A DNA stretch of 64,000 nt, from the NCBI GenBank assembly GCA_964578625.1, contig CAZODQ010000001.1, positions 23,401 to 87,400 on the forward strand. Reading direction: 5' to 3'. Numbering within the stretch: position 1 is the stretch's first letter; each line of letters opens with the position of its first letter. Source of the stretch: an uncultured Actinomycetota bacterium (GTDB lineage Bacteria; Actinomycetota; Humimicrobiia; Humimicrobiales; Humimicrobiaceae). Both the position numbers and the translations under genes were made by a program. The notes beneath the pieces were generated by a model that saw only the letters and a list, made by a program, of their open reading frames with translations, searched no databases and was not told where the DNA came from. Positions 9,775 to 20,498 of the stretch are shown in pieces.

Positions 9775-10851
9775 TTATATTTTCTGAAAGATGCCGTAGA
9801 TATAACCGCATATTTTTGAAAAATCTATTAGCAGAAGTAAAAAAGGTATGGTTGGGATAGATAGGAACTTCTCAAACCTATAAAAAATAAAGCTTCTCTT
9901 ACCATTCCAGTTTCTGACCAGTCTGACATAGGGCTTTAAAATGTAAAGCATGAAAAGGGGTATCAATACAGCCAATATCCATTTACTAAAATAAAACGCA
10001 CTGAACAAAATAATTAAGAAAGCAAGAAATGCAGCAAATCTTATAAGATGGCGGGCCGGATACATATTGCCTACGGCGTCGCCTTTTGCATATCTAAAGA
10101 ACTGCTGGGATATTTGAATAAGGTTCTCCCTCATCCTCCAATAAACCACAGCTTTTGGATTGAACCTTATTTTATAACCGGCAGATTTTATATTAAAATT
10201 AAATCTCATATCTTCTCCGTATTCCATATTTTCGGGATAACCGCCGGCTATAGTCCAGATATCCCTTTTAAAACTAATATTTCTGGACGAAGGCATATAC
10301 CTTTCAGCTTTTATTTCCTTTTCCGCAGGCATGATACATACGGCAAGACATTTCTGTATGAAATTCCGGCATAACGGCAGATTAAGACCTCCGACCACAT
10401 TACATGAACTATCATTATAAAAGGCAGTAATTTCTTTTAGCCAGTTTCTATCTAGAATACAGCCTGCATCACCTACGCATATAATCCTGCCTGACGTGTT
10501 TTTTATGGCATTATTTCTACCCTGTGAAATATTTGCACCTTTTTTTCTTATCAACCTGATATTTATGACATATGTCCCACTTTTATTCTTTTTTATCCTA
10601 CCCCTGTTATTTTCATTTAACACAATATTCAGACCCCTGTGTTTCGGTGAAGCTATATTTTTGAAAAATTTTGAAGTAATACTAAAAGTCTTATCTTCAG
10701 AACCTCCGTCCACTATAACTATTTCCCCAGGAAGACATGTCTGTGCCATTAGACTTTTTAGAAATTCAGAAATATTCCCTTCCTCATTATAAACAGTAGT
10801 TATGAAGCTTATATCCGGAAGTATGATTTTTTTACTATTTTCAACTGTCAT
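9775..10851 (-). CDS. GT2 glycosyltransferase with C-terminal transmembrane helices
   Basis: 358 aa. ISFITTVYNEEG...IVIVDGGSEDKT. The hydrophobic C-terminal third resembles the membrane anchor of polyprenyl-phosphate sugar synthases. Overlaps the next gene by 11 nt. Confidence 0.75.
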   Translation of the reverse strand: MTVENSKKIILPDISFITTVYNEEGNISEFLKSLMAQTCLPGEIVIVDGGSEDKTFSITSKFFKNIASPKHRGLNIVLNENNRGRIKKNKSGTYVINIRLIRKKGANISQGRNNAIKNTSGRIICVGDAGCILDRNWLKEITAFYNDSSCNVVGGLNLPLCRNFIQKCLAVCIMPAEKEIKAERYMPSSRNISFKRDIWTIAGGYPENMEYGEDMRFNFNIKSAGYKIRFNPKAVVYWRMRENLIQISQQFFRYAKGDAVGNMYPARHLIRFAAFLAFLIILFSAFYFSKWILAVLIPLFMLYILKPYVRLVRNWNGKRSFIFYRFEKFLSIPTIPFLLLLIDFSKICGYIYGIFQKI

Positions 10852-11815
10852 ATCCCTGACCTCTGAAGTATGATTTTAAGACCTTAAAATAAATCAAAAG
10901 CTTAGCTCTATTACTTTTGACCGGTTTAAATACAGATAATATTATAAATAACAGTATCCTGTTTATAATTCCTGTTAAATAAATAAAACTTAAAAACTCC
11001 TCATGTGTTTTAGAATAATTTTTCTTAAAATATAATCTTCTGCTTGTCCAGATACCTATTTCCCTTACAGCCATATTCCTGGATGCAATAGCCATGTCAA
11101 CATGCTCTATTATAAAGTATGGAAAATAATAGTTCTTAAAGCCCTTTCTATATAATTTAAGACAAAGATCACTGTCCTCGCTGTATATAAAATAATCCTC
11201 ATCAAACATCCCCACTTCTATAAAGTCATCCTTTTTTATAAACATAAATGAGCCTGTAAGCCAATCCACTTCTCTTTCGCTTTCATGGTCCCACCAGCTC
11301 ATAAAATAAGATCCGAAAATACGGCTTTTTTTAAATATCCTGTATAAAAAATAACTCTCATAAAATTGTCTTGCAAGTGTTGGAAAAGATCTTGAGCTGA
11401 GCTGAAGAGTTCTATCCATATTTAATATTTTTGCTCCTATTACCCCTACCCTGCCGTTTCTATTCCTTTTATTATAAAAAACTATAATATCTTTTAAATC
11501 ACCCTCTAAAAACTTTGTATCAGGATTTAAAAACAGCAGGTATTTACCTTTCGCTTTTGAAGCTCCGATATTGGATGCTCTTGAAAAACCCATATTTTTC
11601 TTATTAGCTATAAAACGGAAAGTATCATTCATTTTGTCCTGTTCTTCCAGATACTCTATACTTCCGTCACCGGATTTATTATCCACAACCAATATCTCAT
11701 AACTTAATTTATTTTTTTTTCTCTTATTTGTTTCAGTGATCTTGCTTATGCTTCCGAGGCAGTCTTTAATAAAACTAAGACTGTTATAATTTACGATTAT
11801 AATACTAATATCCAA
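10841..11815 (-). CDS. GT2 glycosyltransferase
   Basis: 324 aa. IIVNYNS...VVDNKSGDGS...FIYSEDSDLC acidic motif. Confidence 0.8.
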   Translation of the reverse strand: MDISIIIVNYNSLSFIKDCLGSISKITETNKRKKNKLSYEILVVDNKSGDGSIEYLEEQDKMNDTFRFIANKKNMGFSRASNIGASKAKGKYLLFLNPDTKFLEGDLKDIIVFYNKRNRNGRVGVIGAKILNMDRTLQLSSRSFPTLARQFYESYFLYRIFKKSRIFGSYFMSWWDHESEREVDWLTGSFMFIKKDDFIEVGMFDEDYFIYSEDSDLCLKLYRKGFKNYYFPYFIIEHVDMAIASRNMAVREIGIWTSRRLYFKKNYSKTHEEFLSFIYLTGIINRILLFIILSVFKPVKSNRAKLLIYFKVLKSYFRGQGYDS

Positions 11816-11842
11816 TCATACCACCAGTCGACAATCCCTTTG

Positions 11843-13468
11843 CTATTTTTTTAATAAGTCACTGACTATTGAAATCAGGTTCCTTTTAAAATTTATATTT
11901 GAAAATCTTCTGCAGTTTTTAACTGCATTCTTTCTAATTCCTTTTGTATCAATTTCCCCGCGTATTATGCTTAAAGTAATATTTTTAAGTTCCTCCCAGC
12001 TTTCAAATAAAAATCCGTTATACTTGTCATTTATGATCTCCTTTTGACCTCCCTTATTGATAACAACAGGAATACATCCAGCTGCCATTGCCTCTACGGT
12101 AGTTATTCCAAAATGTTCAAATTTCTCAGGATGGATTTTTTCATCTTCATCCATCCCGGAAGCGTGCCAGAAAATATACGATTTTGCAAAAAGTTTTACC
12201 AGTCGCGGCCATTCCATATTAGTAATTACCCTTATGGGGTAATTCTTACTCACTTCCCTTATCTTTTCCACATACTTCAGATGGTCAGGCCTCCTGTCCA
12301 GACCGCCGACCAGATATAGAGTATAACCCTTCATGTCATCAGGATACAGCCTCAGCAGCTCCTTGAATATCTCAGCCAGTTCCAGCTGCTTTTTATTATG
12401 ATGCTCCGGGAAAAATCTACCTACGCTTAAGATAATTTTCTCCTTAATGCCGGATTTAAGATTAGCAATATCTACGGGAGGGAATAAAACAATGCTCTGT
12501 CTGTTCCATAATCTCTTTATCCACTTTTTTGAATATACCGATATGGCAATTATTTTATGGTAGGTCTCCAAAAATTTCAGATCCCTGGGAAAAGTTATCA
12601 GAAATAAAGGGATATACCCTAAAATCTTGAGTATTATTTTTTTATAAAAGTGTATCCTTCTCCGATCATAGACTACTATACCAAGCTTTCTGGAATCCTT
12701 TGAACTTTCACCTGCTTCCAGCGGAATAAAAGTATCGGATGAGATTATGACTTTACAATATTTTTCATCATTACCTAATGGAATTTCAAAAGTACATTTA
12801 ACTCCTCTTCCAAGCCTTATATGTTTATCATATAGAAGTCTCTCCTTTTTTTCTCCAGCCCCGAATACCTTGATATCCACCCCTATTTTACTTAGACTGC
12901 TTGCTTTAGGATTCTTGAAGCCTAGTATCAACGGCTGGTCAGTTTTTTTTACCTTTAAAATTACCCTCCCGCTGCTCCAGCTTCCTCTTCTTAACAGAAA
13001 CCTTTTGGGATCATATAATCCTTCAACTATTTCTATTTCGTTGAAGCTGCACGAGAATCTTTCTGAATATTTAAAAAGCCATAACGCAGGCAATCTGAAA
13101 AAAAACAATAAAAACTTATGAATTAACCGGAAATCCACATCAAAAGGAGTTGGGAAATAACATAAATATATGTTCTTCTTACCATATGCAGGAAGCGAGC
13201 TTAAATAAGTGGCATTTATAAACAGATCATACTTCTTTATGATCCTTTCAGCATAATCCTCTGATATAAAAGGGAATATTTTCAGGTTTACCCTTTCCAG
13301 TTCAAGATTTAACCTGCCGGAAGTCTCTTTTAAATCAGCAAATATATCAGTTATCAGATCTACTTCAAACTCTTTATTTTCAGATAAAACTTCCGCAATC
13401 TTGCAGCTGTACCGTTCTCCGCCGCCAGCCGTCGATAAATATCTATCATAAATAGCTATATTTTTCAT
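11843..13468 (-). CDS. GT4 (Glycos_transf_1) glycosyltransferase with extended N-terminal region
   Basis: 541 aa. The C-terminal GT-B domain shows ...LYLVGGL...FWHASGMDEDEKIHPEKFEHFGITTVEAMAAGCIPVV. Confidence 0.8.
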   Translation of the reverse strand: MKNIAIYDRYLSTAGGGERYSCKIAEVLSENKEFEVDLITDIFADLKETSGRLNLELERVNLKIFPFISEDYAERIIKKYDLFINATYLSSLPAYGKKNIYLCYFPTPFDVDFRLIHKFLLFFFRLPALWLFKYSERFSCSFNEIEIVEGLYDPKRFLLRRGSWSSGRVILKVKKTDQPLILGFKNPKASSLSKIGVDIKVFGAGEKKERLLYDKHIRLGRGVKCTFEIPLGNDEKYCKVIISSDTFIPLEAGESSKDSRKLGIVVYDRRRIHFYKKIILKILGYIPLFLITFPRDLKFLETYHKIIAISVYSKKWIKRLWNRQSIVLFPPVDIANLKSGIKEKIILSVGRFFPEHHNKKQLELAEIFKELLRLYPDDMKGYTLYLVGGLDRRPDHLKYVEKIREVSKNYPIRVITNMEWPRLVKLFAKSYIFWHASGMDEDEKIHPEKFEHFGITTVEAMAAGCIPVVINKGGQKEIINDKYNGFLFESWEELKNITLSIIRGEIDTKGIRKNAVKNCRRFSNINFKRNLISIVSDLLKK

Positions 13469-13479
13469 AAGAAGCCTTG

Positions 13480-14889
13480 CTAAAAATCCCTCATCCAGCT
13501 TTTAATAATTCTATCATGAATTTTCCTGCTGTTTCTTATTCTGATTCTAACCAATAAATTTTTGGGAAGTAAATAAAACAGTTCAAAGAAGACCCTGATC
13601 CTGATTGGAATATCAATTCTTTTCTGCATCTTCCTCCTTAACTTTCCAGCCAGGTAGCTCAAGATATTGATTATATTTGAAAGGATAAATGCCGCGCAAC
13701 TTTTAAAAAATAAAAGCGGCCAGCCGCATTTAAAAATCATAAGCAGCCTATTCCTAACCACATGATATATAAAATTATAAGACCACTCCTTGCTGGTACC
13801 GCAGTGAAAATGTCTTACAATAGATTTGGGAGTAAAGAAATTTTTCCAACCTGCCAATCTGGACCTCCAGAACAAATCAATATCTTCATAGTATGTGAAA
13901 AAGTTATTATCAAAACAACCCATATCTTCAAACATTTTTCTATCCATCATAAAGCTGCTTCCGCTTAAGCCAAAGACCTCCTCAACCCTGCTGTACTGGC
14001 CTTCATCAAAACTTTCAAAACCCCTATCCCTGCTGTAAAAAGATTTATTTATTTTAATACCGCAGCTATTAATAATATCTTTCCTGTGGGTAAAAAGTCT
14101 TCTGGGAATCTTTATTCTAACTGTTTTAGCCCTCCCGGTAACTTTCATATCTTTTACTATTTCTTCGCCTATTACCATTTGTAAATTATTGGGTGAGATA
14201 TATGATAATACTTTAAAGCTTAAATCCAATTCTTTGTTTAGATCCTCAACCGGTACAGCCAGAACTGCGTTACCCTTTGACCAGCAGTAGATTTCCCCAC
14301 TCTCATCTGATTCCTGGGGATAAAAACCATCCATATACTTGATACTCTTATTTAAAATACTCTTTCCGTTGTCTTTTTCTCCAGCACTTCCGACTTTTAT
14401 ATCATATATTTTAACACCAAGCCTTCTTGATCTTTTACTGCTGCGCATGTCTGTTTGACTGATACTGCTTGCAATTAACTGAAGAGGCAGGTAAGGGTAA
14501 TAAAAAACTACTTTGGAACCTACTGCTCCTATTTTCGAATCATCAGTGGATTGCCTGAAGATGGAAAGCATTTCGTACAACCAGTTTTTATCGACCACAC
14601 AATCATTATTAATCAGGGCAATATATTTACCCTTTGAACGGTAAAATCCTTCATTATTACCTCCGGCATAACCTTTGTTTTCATTTAATGCGATTATCTC
14701 TACCTGCGGAAATTCCTTTTTTACAAACTCAACCGAACCATCTGTAGAATTATTATCTACCATTATTATCTGAATTTTTTTAAGTGGATAATTAAGATCG
14801 AGTATAGAATTAAAAAGGTTATATAAAAATCTCTTACCGTTAAAATTTACAGTGATAATTGATATTAAAGGATCATCATCTTGCACCAA
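13480..14889 (-). CDS. GT2 glycosyltransferase (long, with inserted region)
   Basis: 469 aa. ISIITVNFNGKRFL...IIMVDNNSTDGS...NENKGYAGGNN...YYEDIDLF. Confidence 0.8.
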   Translation of the reverse strand: MVQDDDPLISIITVNFNGKRFLYNLFNSILDLNYPLKKIQIIMVDNNSTDGSVEFVKKEFPQVEIIALNENKGYAGGNNEGFYRSKGKYIALINNDCVVDKNWLYEMLSIFRQSTDDSKIGAVGSKVVFYYPYLPLQLIASSISQTDMRSSKRSRRLGVKIYDIKVGSAGEKDNGKSILNKSIKYMDGFYPQESDESGEIYCWSKGNAVLAVPVEDLNKELDLSFKVLSYISPNNLQMVIGEEIVKDMKVTGRAKTVRIKIPRRLFTHRKDIINSCGIKINKSFYSRDRGFESFDEGQYSRVEEVFGLSGSSFMMDRKMFEDMGCFDNNFFTYYEDIDLFWRSRLAGWKNFFTPKSIVRHFHCGTSKEWSYNFIYHVVRNRLLMIFKCGWPLLFFKSCAAFILSNIINILSYLAGKLRRKMQKRIDIPIRIRVFFELFYLLPKNLLVRIRIRNSRKIHDRIIKSWMRDF

Positions 14890-14920
14890 TTAAATATCCC
14901 ACCTTACTTAAACTGAAATG

Positions 14921-15319
14921 TCATCCTCTGGAAATTACAATTACTCCTATAGTTATTATAAGTGCACCTATCCATCGTATTAAGTTTACATCTTCTTTCA
15001 GTATAAACTTTGAAAGAATCAATAACATTACATAAGTAGATCCAATAAACGGATAAGCAAAACTAAGGTCCACAGCAGATAGTACTACAAGCCATATCGC
15101 AGCTGAAATAATATATAAAAATAGACCAGATATTACCAGGGGACTTTTTATTATTCCAAGAAATAATTGACCGAGATAATCAAGCCCGTTTAAACTAACT
15201 ATCCTAATGCGGTTTATACCTATTTTCAATAACATCTGTCCACCCACAGCTATAGAGACGCTTAGTAAAATAAGTAATATTGTACTTACCAGACTCAATT
15301 TATTTCTCTCCTTAATCAT
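14921..15319 (-). CDS. Small 4-TM DMT/SMR-like membrane protein (ArnE/ArnF-like flippase subunit family)
   Basis: 132 aa, four hydrophobic segments, ...KEDVNLIRWIGALIITIGVIVI C-terminal pattern typical of EamA/SMR-type small transporters. Paralogous to 30940..31278 and 31282..31656. Confidence 0.5.
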   Translation of the reverse strand: MIKERNKLSLVSTILLILLSVSIAVGGQMLLKIGINRIRIVSLNGLDYLGQLFLGIIKSPLVISGLFLYIISAAIWLVVLSAVDLSFAYPFIGSTYVMLLILSKFILKEDVNLIRWIGALIITIGVIVISRG

Positions 15320-15352
15320 AGTTACACTATATTTTATTATCAGACTCGACAG

Positions 15353-17665
15353 TTAAGATCTATGTTTTCTTGCCAAATAATATTTGTTAGAGACAGTCAG
15401 GCCCATTATTCTGTCAATATTTTCCAGATCCCTCAGCAATACCTCAAGTTTCTGATCAATATCTATCTTCAGACCTGATTTGCTTTTGGGTTTAAAATTG
15501 CCTAAAACTTCCCTTAAACTACTAATATCATAACCAAGGCTTTTAATTTCTTTATGAAGAGTACGGAATATATCAAAATATATAAGAATCAATCTCTCCC
15601 GGTTCTTTCGATTCAGTTCATTCATTTCTTTATTTATTTGAACCTGAATATTATTATTAATGGCTTTTATCGACTGGTTATAACTCTTCCTTAAATTCTC
15701 AAAATACATACTGGTAAGGAGGTATATATATCTCCTCAGTCTTCCCTTTACATCCTTATCTTTACTCAGCTCTTCAGAATTTAAAATATCAAACCTGCTT
15801 AAAAGCCTTAAATCTTCAAAATTCTCTCTGTCCAGTTTTATCTCGAAAAGTTCAAATAATTCATTCCTGCCATATATCTCACCTATTTCATCTTTATTGC
15901 TATCTATTGTTCTATACTCTATTTCATCCCATATTCCCTTATCCTTGATCTCAAAACCGGCATTTTTTAATATATATTCAATAGTAAAATCATCAATTCT
16001 TACACTGGACCGGCTTCTTCTTGTACCCTCACCAAGAACCTTATAAAGCCCTCTTTCATCAGGAATTGAAAAAAACAGCAAACCATCCACTTTTAACTTT
16101 GATGCAAGTACGTTTATCAGGTCATAGAAAAATTTCGGAGATATTTTATAAAAGACATTATTTAAAATAATACCTTCATATTTGGTCCTTTCAGTTATTT
16201 TAGACTTTAGCATTCCTATTTCATCCAGCTCTTTCTCTTCATCTTCTATAACTGCCAGGCCAACATCCATCTCCATCCAAAATATTCTGCCCACATTAGT
16301 CCCACTTATAGCTTCTTCATCTCTATATTTATTAGAGGTTATATTCAGGACATTGGCACAGCCTTCAAAATTGTCTTTTATGATTTTTGATATTTTACTG
16401 TTCTGCAGATTAACCAACTCGGTGATCTTTTTCTTGTCAACCGCATAATCGGGATTAACACAGTATTTGACAAGCGGTTTGGTCACATTTTCCCAGTAAA
16501 ACCTGGGGGCAATTTTAATTAGATTTTTCCTGTATATCTCTCTTAAGCTTTTATTAGTAGCCATACTCTCCATGACTCTTGCCAGCTGTGCGGTATTTTC
16601 ATACTTTACCACTTCACCTATGTTCTCGGCCTTTACCATCTTCGCTATAGAATCCCCTTCGGTTGTTATAACCGGAAGTCGCGCCCAGATGTAATCTATG
16701 ACCCTCGTCCTATAGGAAAACTCGGTTTCTATCCTTTCTTGATGGATCGACAAGCCCACATCTGCGTCCAGCAGGAATGTCTGTCTTAGGTCGTATGGCG
16801 TCCATTCATTAAAAAATACAAGCTTTTCATACATATCGAGCTCTTTACTCAATTGTATTGCCTCCATGCATTTTTTCATTTCAGGAAGGCTGGAGTCCGG
16901 GTGTTTTATTCCCATAAATATCATTTTTATATTCTTTTTATCCCTGGTAATCTCCCATAATGCTTTAATAGCCGTAATTGGATCGAGCCAGTTCCAGATA
17001 CCACCTCCCCATAGGATTATACTGTCACGTTCATTGATACCCGGGATTCTATCCCCAGTATACGAAGTAGAGCGCTTGGGAGGCTGGGAAGGCATTCCGG
17101 AAGGAACAATATCTATCAGGTTCCTTAAGGTTTTATCGGAATCATAGCTGTACGGATTTATTCTACCCATGGCATTTAACATCCCTACCCAATAGTCCCT
17201 CTGTTTTTCACTTGCACAGATAAAGAAATCTCCTATTGAAAGCTGCATTTTCAATATATTTAAATTATTTTTATCAATTCTGATCCTCTCCGCAATATCA
17301 CTGTCTCTGAACATTTCCAGGCTCTCTAAATTGAAAGGATTATACAGATCTACAATAATCTTGCCTTTAAAGTTTCTGAGGAAAGGAAAATAGTAAAGAA
17401 TATGACCCTGGATCAATATGGTATCCGCCTTATCAATATATCTCTGTAAGCTTTTATAACTTCCTAACTTGTACTGTCTAGCCTTAAAGCCTTCAGTATC
17501 AATATCTATCTTATTGGGAGTAACCAGAGTAACATCCAGGTAATCAGATAAAATTTTTGCAAACTCGTAAAACCTTATACCTGGACCGGCCATATTTCTA
17601 CCAATGATGTCATAACTTATTATACAGATATTCGAAGAACTTTTATTGTTTAATTCGGTATCCAT
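15353..17665 (-). CDS. Multidomain protein: N-terminal GT-B (GT4-like, WGGG-type) glycosyltransferase, degenerate class-I methyltransferase-like domain and C-terminal coiled-coil
   Basis: 770 aa. The GT domain (IILWGGGIWNWLDP...LPVITTEGD) is paralogous to domains in 18850..20319 and 51638..54145. The middle region (KYEGIILNNVFYKISPKFFYDLINVLASKLKVDGLLFFSIPDE) aligns by eye to motifs II-III of the MTase 62433..63650 but has no GxGxG motif I. The C-terminal roughly 200 aa are heptad-rich and charged. Confidence 0.6.
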   Translation of the reverse strand: MDTELNNKSSSNICIISYDIIGRNMAGPGIRFYEFAKILSDYLDVTLVTPNKIDIDTEGFKARQYKLGSYKSLQRYIDKADTILIQGHILYYFPFLRNFKGKIIVDLYNPFNLESLEMFRDSDIAERIRIDKNNLNILKMQLSIGDFFICASEKQRDYWVGMLNAMGRINPYSYDSDKTLRNLIDIVPSGMPSQPPKRSTSYTGDRIPGINERDSIILWGGGIWNWLDPITAIKALWEITRDKKNIKMIFMGIKHPDSSLPEMKKCMEAIQLSKELDMYEKLVFFNEWTPYDLRQTFLLDADVGLSIHQERIETEFSYRTRVIDYIWARLPVITTEGDSIAKMVKAENIGEVVKYENTAQLARVMESMATNKSLREIYRKNLIKIAPRFYWENVTKPLVKYCVNPDYAVDKKKITELVNLQNSKISKIIKDNFEGCANVLNITSNKYRDEEAISGTNVGRIFWMEMDVGLAVIEDEEKELDEIGMLKSKITERTKYEGIILNNVFYKISPKFFYDLINVLASKLKVDGLLFFSIPDERGLYKVLGEGTRRSRSSVRIDDFTIEYILKNAGFEIKDKGIWDEIEYRTIDSNKDEIGEIYGRNELFELFEIKLDRENFEDLRLLSRFDILNSEELSKDKDVKGRLRRYIYLLTSMYFENLRKSYNQSIKAINNNIQVQINKEMNELNRKNRERLILIYFDIFRTLHKEIKSLGYDISSLREVLGNFKPKSKSGLKIDIDQKLEVLLRDLENIDRIMGLTVSNKYYLARKHRS

Positions 17666-17757
17666 TATATCTCTCCATTATGTCTACCATAAATAAAAAT
17701 TAAAATCATAAACAAATCCCAGTGCTCTCAAATAGTCCGGCTAATTTTGAGATGCAA

Positions 17758-18792
17758 TCATTTTAACTCTAATTTATTCAAGATTAAATGATTTTTTAAT
17801 TTAATTACCAAATTATATGGTAAAAATATAAAATTTAAAAAATAAGCATAAAGAATCGGCAAGACCTGGTCAGCTGTAGCACTGTTTTTAAACCAGGCCA
17901 ATTCTGAACAAATAAATTTTCTTAAGAAATTTAAAAATCCCAGATTTATAACTGCGCATCTGATTCTATTTTTATGGTAGTACTTATAAAAATTTTTACT
18001 AAATTTTTTTACAGAAGCACCCTCAAAATGTCTGGCAATAGAATTATAGTTTACAACCACCCGTCTCCCCGTTCTTTTGATTTTAATACAGTAATCAAGC
18101 TCCTCAAAATATAAAGGCCTGTAACCCGAATCAAATCCGCCTAAGGCTTTAAACAGCTGAAATTCAGTAGCCAAAAACGCTCCGGTAATATAATCTGCAT
18201 CTTTTAAATTGCCTGCTAATTCCGGCACATTTTTTTTATTTCCTTTATGTCTATATTCCTGTTTTAGATCATAATAACTTTTCCCGTACCCTATGTGGGA
18301 AGTAATAAAATTGTCCTCAATCCTCCCACCGAGGTGTTGTATGGCATCTTTTTTATAGTCAAGAATAAGTCCGCCTGCGGCTCCAATTTCTTTGAACGGT
18401 TTGCAGTGATTTTCCCCGATTTTGAAAGTCGAAACCAATTTCTGCAACGCGCTTCGCTTTAAACATATATCCGGGTTCAGCAAAATCAGGAATTTTAATT
18501 CTCTTTCCAGATTTTTATTCTCTCCTGATACAAAATTGAATACTGCATAATTGACCGCTCCTGAAAATCCGATATTTTTCCTTAGAGTAATAAGCTTAAA
18601 ACTACTGCTGGTCATACCCCGGTATATATCTCTGAACTCTTTTACCTTTGCTACTGTTTTATCATTTGAATTATTATCTATGACTGTCAGGAACCAGTCA
18701 TTATAACTTTGTTCTGCTACCGAACAGAGACAGTTTTCAATAAAGTCCTGGCTGTTATAGGTTACAATTACTATTAAACTTTTAGTGCCCAT
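17758..18792 (-). CDS. GT2 glycosyltransferase
   Basis: 344 aa. LIVIVTYNSQDFI...LTVIDNNSNDKT...NIGFSGAVN. Confidence 0.8.
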   Translation of the reverse strand: MGTKSLIVIVTYNSQDFIENCLCSVAEQSYNDWFLTVIDNNSNDKTVAKVKEFRDIYRGMTSSSFKLITLRKNIGFSGAVNYAVFNFVSGENKNLERELKFLILLNPDICLKRSALQKLVSTFKIGENHCKPFKEIGAAGGLILDYKKDAIQHLGGRIEDNFITSHIGYGKSYYDLKQEYRHKGNKKNVPELAGNLKDADYITGAFLATEFQLFKALGGFDSGYRPLYFEELDYCIKIKRTGRRVVVNYNSIARHFEGASVKKFSKNFYKYYHKNRIRCAVINLGFLNFLRKFICSELAWFKNSATADQVLPILYAYFLNFIFLPYNLVIKLKNHLILNKLELK

Positions 18793-18849
18793 ATTGCTTC
18801 CTGTTATAATCCGTATAATGCCAAGAGAAGGCAGGAGCGGGATAGAAGG

Positions 18850-20319
18850 TCAACTGGAGATTTTCCTTTTAATAATTCTTAGATACCCGTATATTTTATA
18901 AATCAAACCTTTCTTTACTATCCCTTCAAGCTCTGATATTCGCTTATCTCTCTCTTCTATCATCTTTTTCTGGCGCAGGGTTATTTGTACCAAATTCTTG
19001 ACAGCTTCTTCCCTCTTGAAAAAAAACTTTCTTTTTCTTCCTTTATCGGGGGAACATGAAGGATTACCAGTCCATTCCTGTAATTTCTTGGTAGTCCTTT
19101 TAAAATTAAAATGCTCCAGTCCGTATTTTTTACCGGCATCTGCAGTTTTTTTGACCTCATTCGGGTGATCAGCAAGATAGATCAGTTTACTGCTCAGCTC
19201 CCTATGATCATAAGGTTTAAATGTATATCCGATCTTTTCTTTCTCTATAATATTAGTCAATTCACAAACATTGGATGAAAGTACACAGAGCCCTGCCCTT
19301 AACCAGTCCAGAATACGGTTTTTACTGCCCAACCTTACCTCATAAATATCTCTGTCGATATTTATACCCACATCTGCTTCCATGTAATAATTAGGCACAT
19401 CTTCACCTTTGATCCAGCCTTTCATTATAAATCTGTCCTTATAAGAGCTGCCGTTTATCATAGATAAAAACCTGGGATAAGTCTTTATATCCTGTTCAGG
19501 TATCTCCCCGCCGGTAGATACAAATTTGATCTTTGGATTCTTCTCCATTGCAAGCGCAAGCCCCTTAAATAAAGTATCAACATCAGTCCAGGTATTATAT
19601 CCTCCGGTCCACAGCACTATAAAATCATCCTTTTTTATTCCATTTTTTCCCCGGAGAACATCCCTGGTATATTTGTATTCTTCCAGAGGAACACCGCATG
19701 GAATGACATTGGTAAAATCATAACCCGATGTGTATTTATTAAGTCTGCCGACTGCTCCAAGCTCCCCTATTAGAGCATACTGCTGCCTTGACGACACACA
19801 CGAAAAAATATCTGCATTGGATATAACATTATATTCACTATTCCAGTAATGAAACAGACAGTCGTCATTTTCATCAATACTTGCCCGAGCCTGTGCTTCT
19901 GCCATTACATGCCCAAATAAATCTGCCCAGAAAGGAACGGCACTGTCTTTAAGATAATAAAGCAGCCTGGAGGCGATATAAGAAGGATAAAAAGTGCAGC
20001 CGACTATACAGTCAGGTTTGAAAGATTTAAAAATTTTTAATATTAATTCAATATTTTCAAATTCATCTTTCTTAAGTATATTATAATTAAAATTGTACTT
20101 TAAACTTTTAGCAAAATCCTTTTTAAAACCTGACTTAAAATCATCTGGATATGCCGAGGGTATGGCATAATTACATACACACACCTTAAAATCTTTTTCC
20201 AGCAGAGGCAGTATAAATTGCCACGTTCTGATACCGGTCCCGTATACTTTTTTGTCATTCTCAAATGGTAACGGGCTCATTCCCAGTAAAAATACTTTTT
20301 TCATATCAAATAAAATCAC
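18850..20319 (-). CDS. GT-B glycosyltransferase (GT4-like, WGGG/WTGG-type) with short C-terminal coiled-coil
   Basis: 489 aa. IVLWTGGYNTWTDVDTLFKGL...ADVGINIDRD...AGLCVLSS is paralogous to the GT domains of 15353..17665 and 51638..54145. C-terminus has QKKMIEERDKRISELEGIVKK. Confidence 0.6.
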   Translation of the reverse strand: MILFDMKKVFLLGMSPLPFENDKKVYGTGIRTWQFILPLLEKDFKVCVCNYAIPSAYPDDFKSGFKKDFAKSLKYNFNYNILKKDEFENIELILKIFKSFKPDCIVGCTFYPSYIASRLLYYLKDSAVPFWADLFGHVMAEAQARASIDENDDCLFHYWNSEYNVISNADIFSCVSSRQQYALIGELGAVGRLNKYTSGYDFTNVIPCGVPLEEYKYTRDVLRGKNGIKKDDFIVLWTGGYNTWTDVDTLFKGLALAMEKNPKIKFVSTGGEIPEQDIKTYPRFLSMINGSSYKDRFIMKGWIKGEDVPNYYMEADVGINIDRDIYEVRLGSKNRILDWLRAGLCVLSSNVCELTNIIEKEKIGYTFKPYDHRELSSKLIYLADHPNEVKKTADAGKKYGLEHFNFKRTTKKLQEWTGNPSCSPDKGRKRKFFFKREEAVKNLVQITLRQKKMIEERDKRISELEGIVKKGLIYKIYGYLRIIKRKISS

Positions 20320-20498
20320 CGTGAGATTAAATCTTTTTATTTTACCGATTTTACCTATATAAATGAAATTATAAAATAAAATCGTTTTTCCGGACTAATC
20401 TTATTTTTTTAGCTTTTTTTAATTATAATTGTACTAATAAAAAAACTATACTACCATAGCATAAACGATAGAACACTAAAAACAATTTATTTTGTTTT

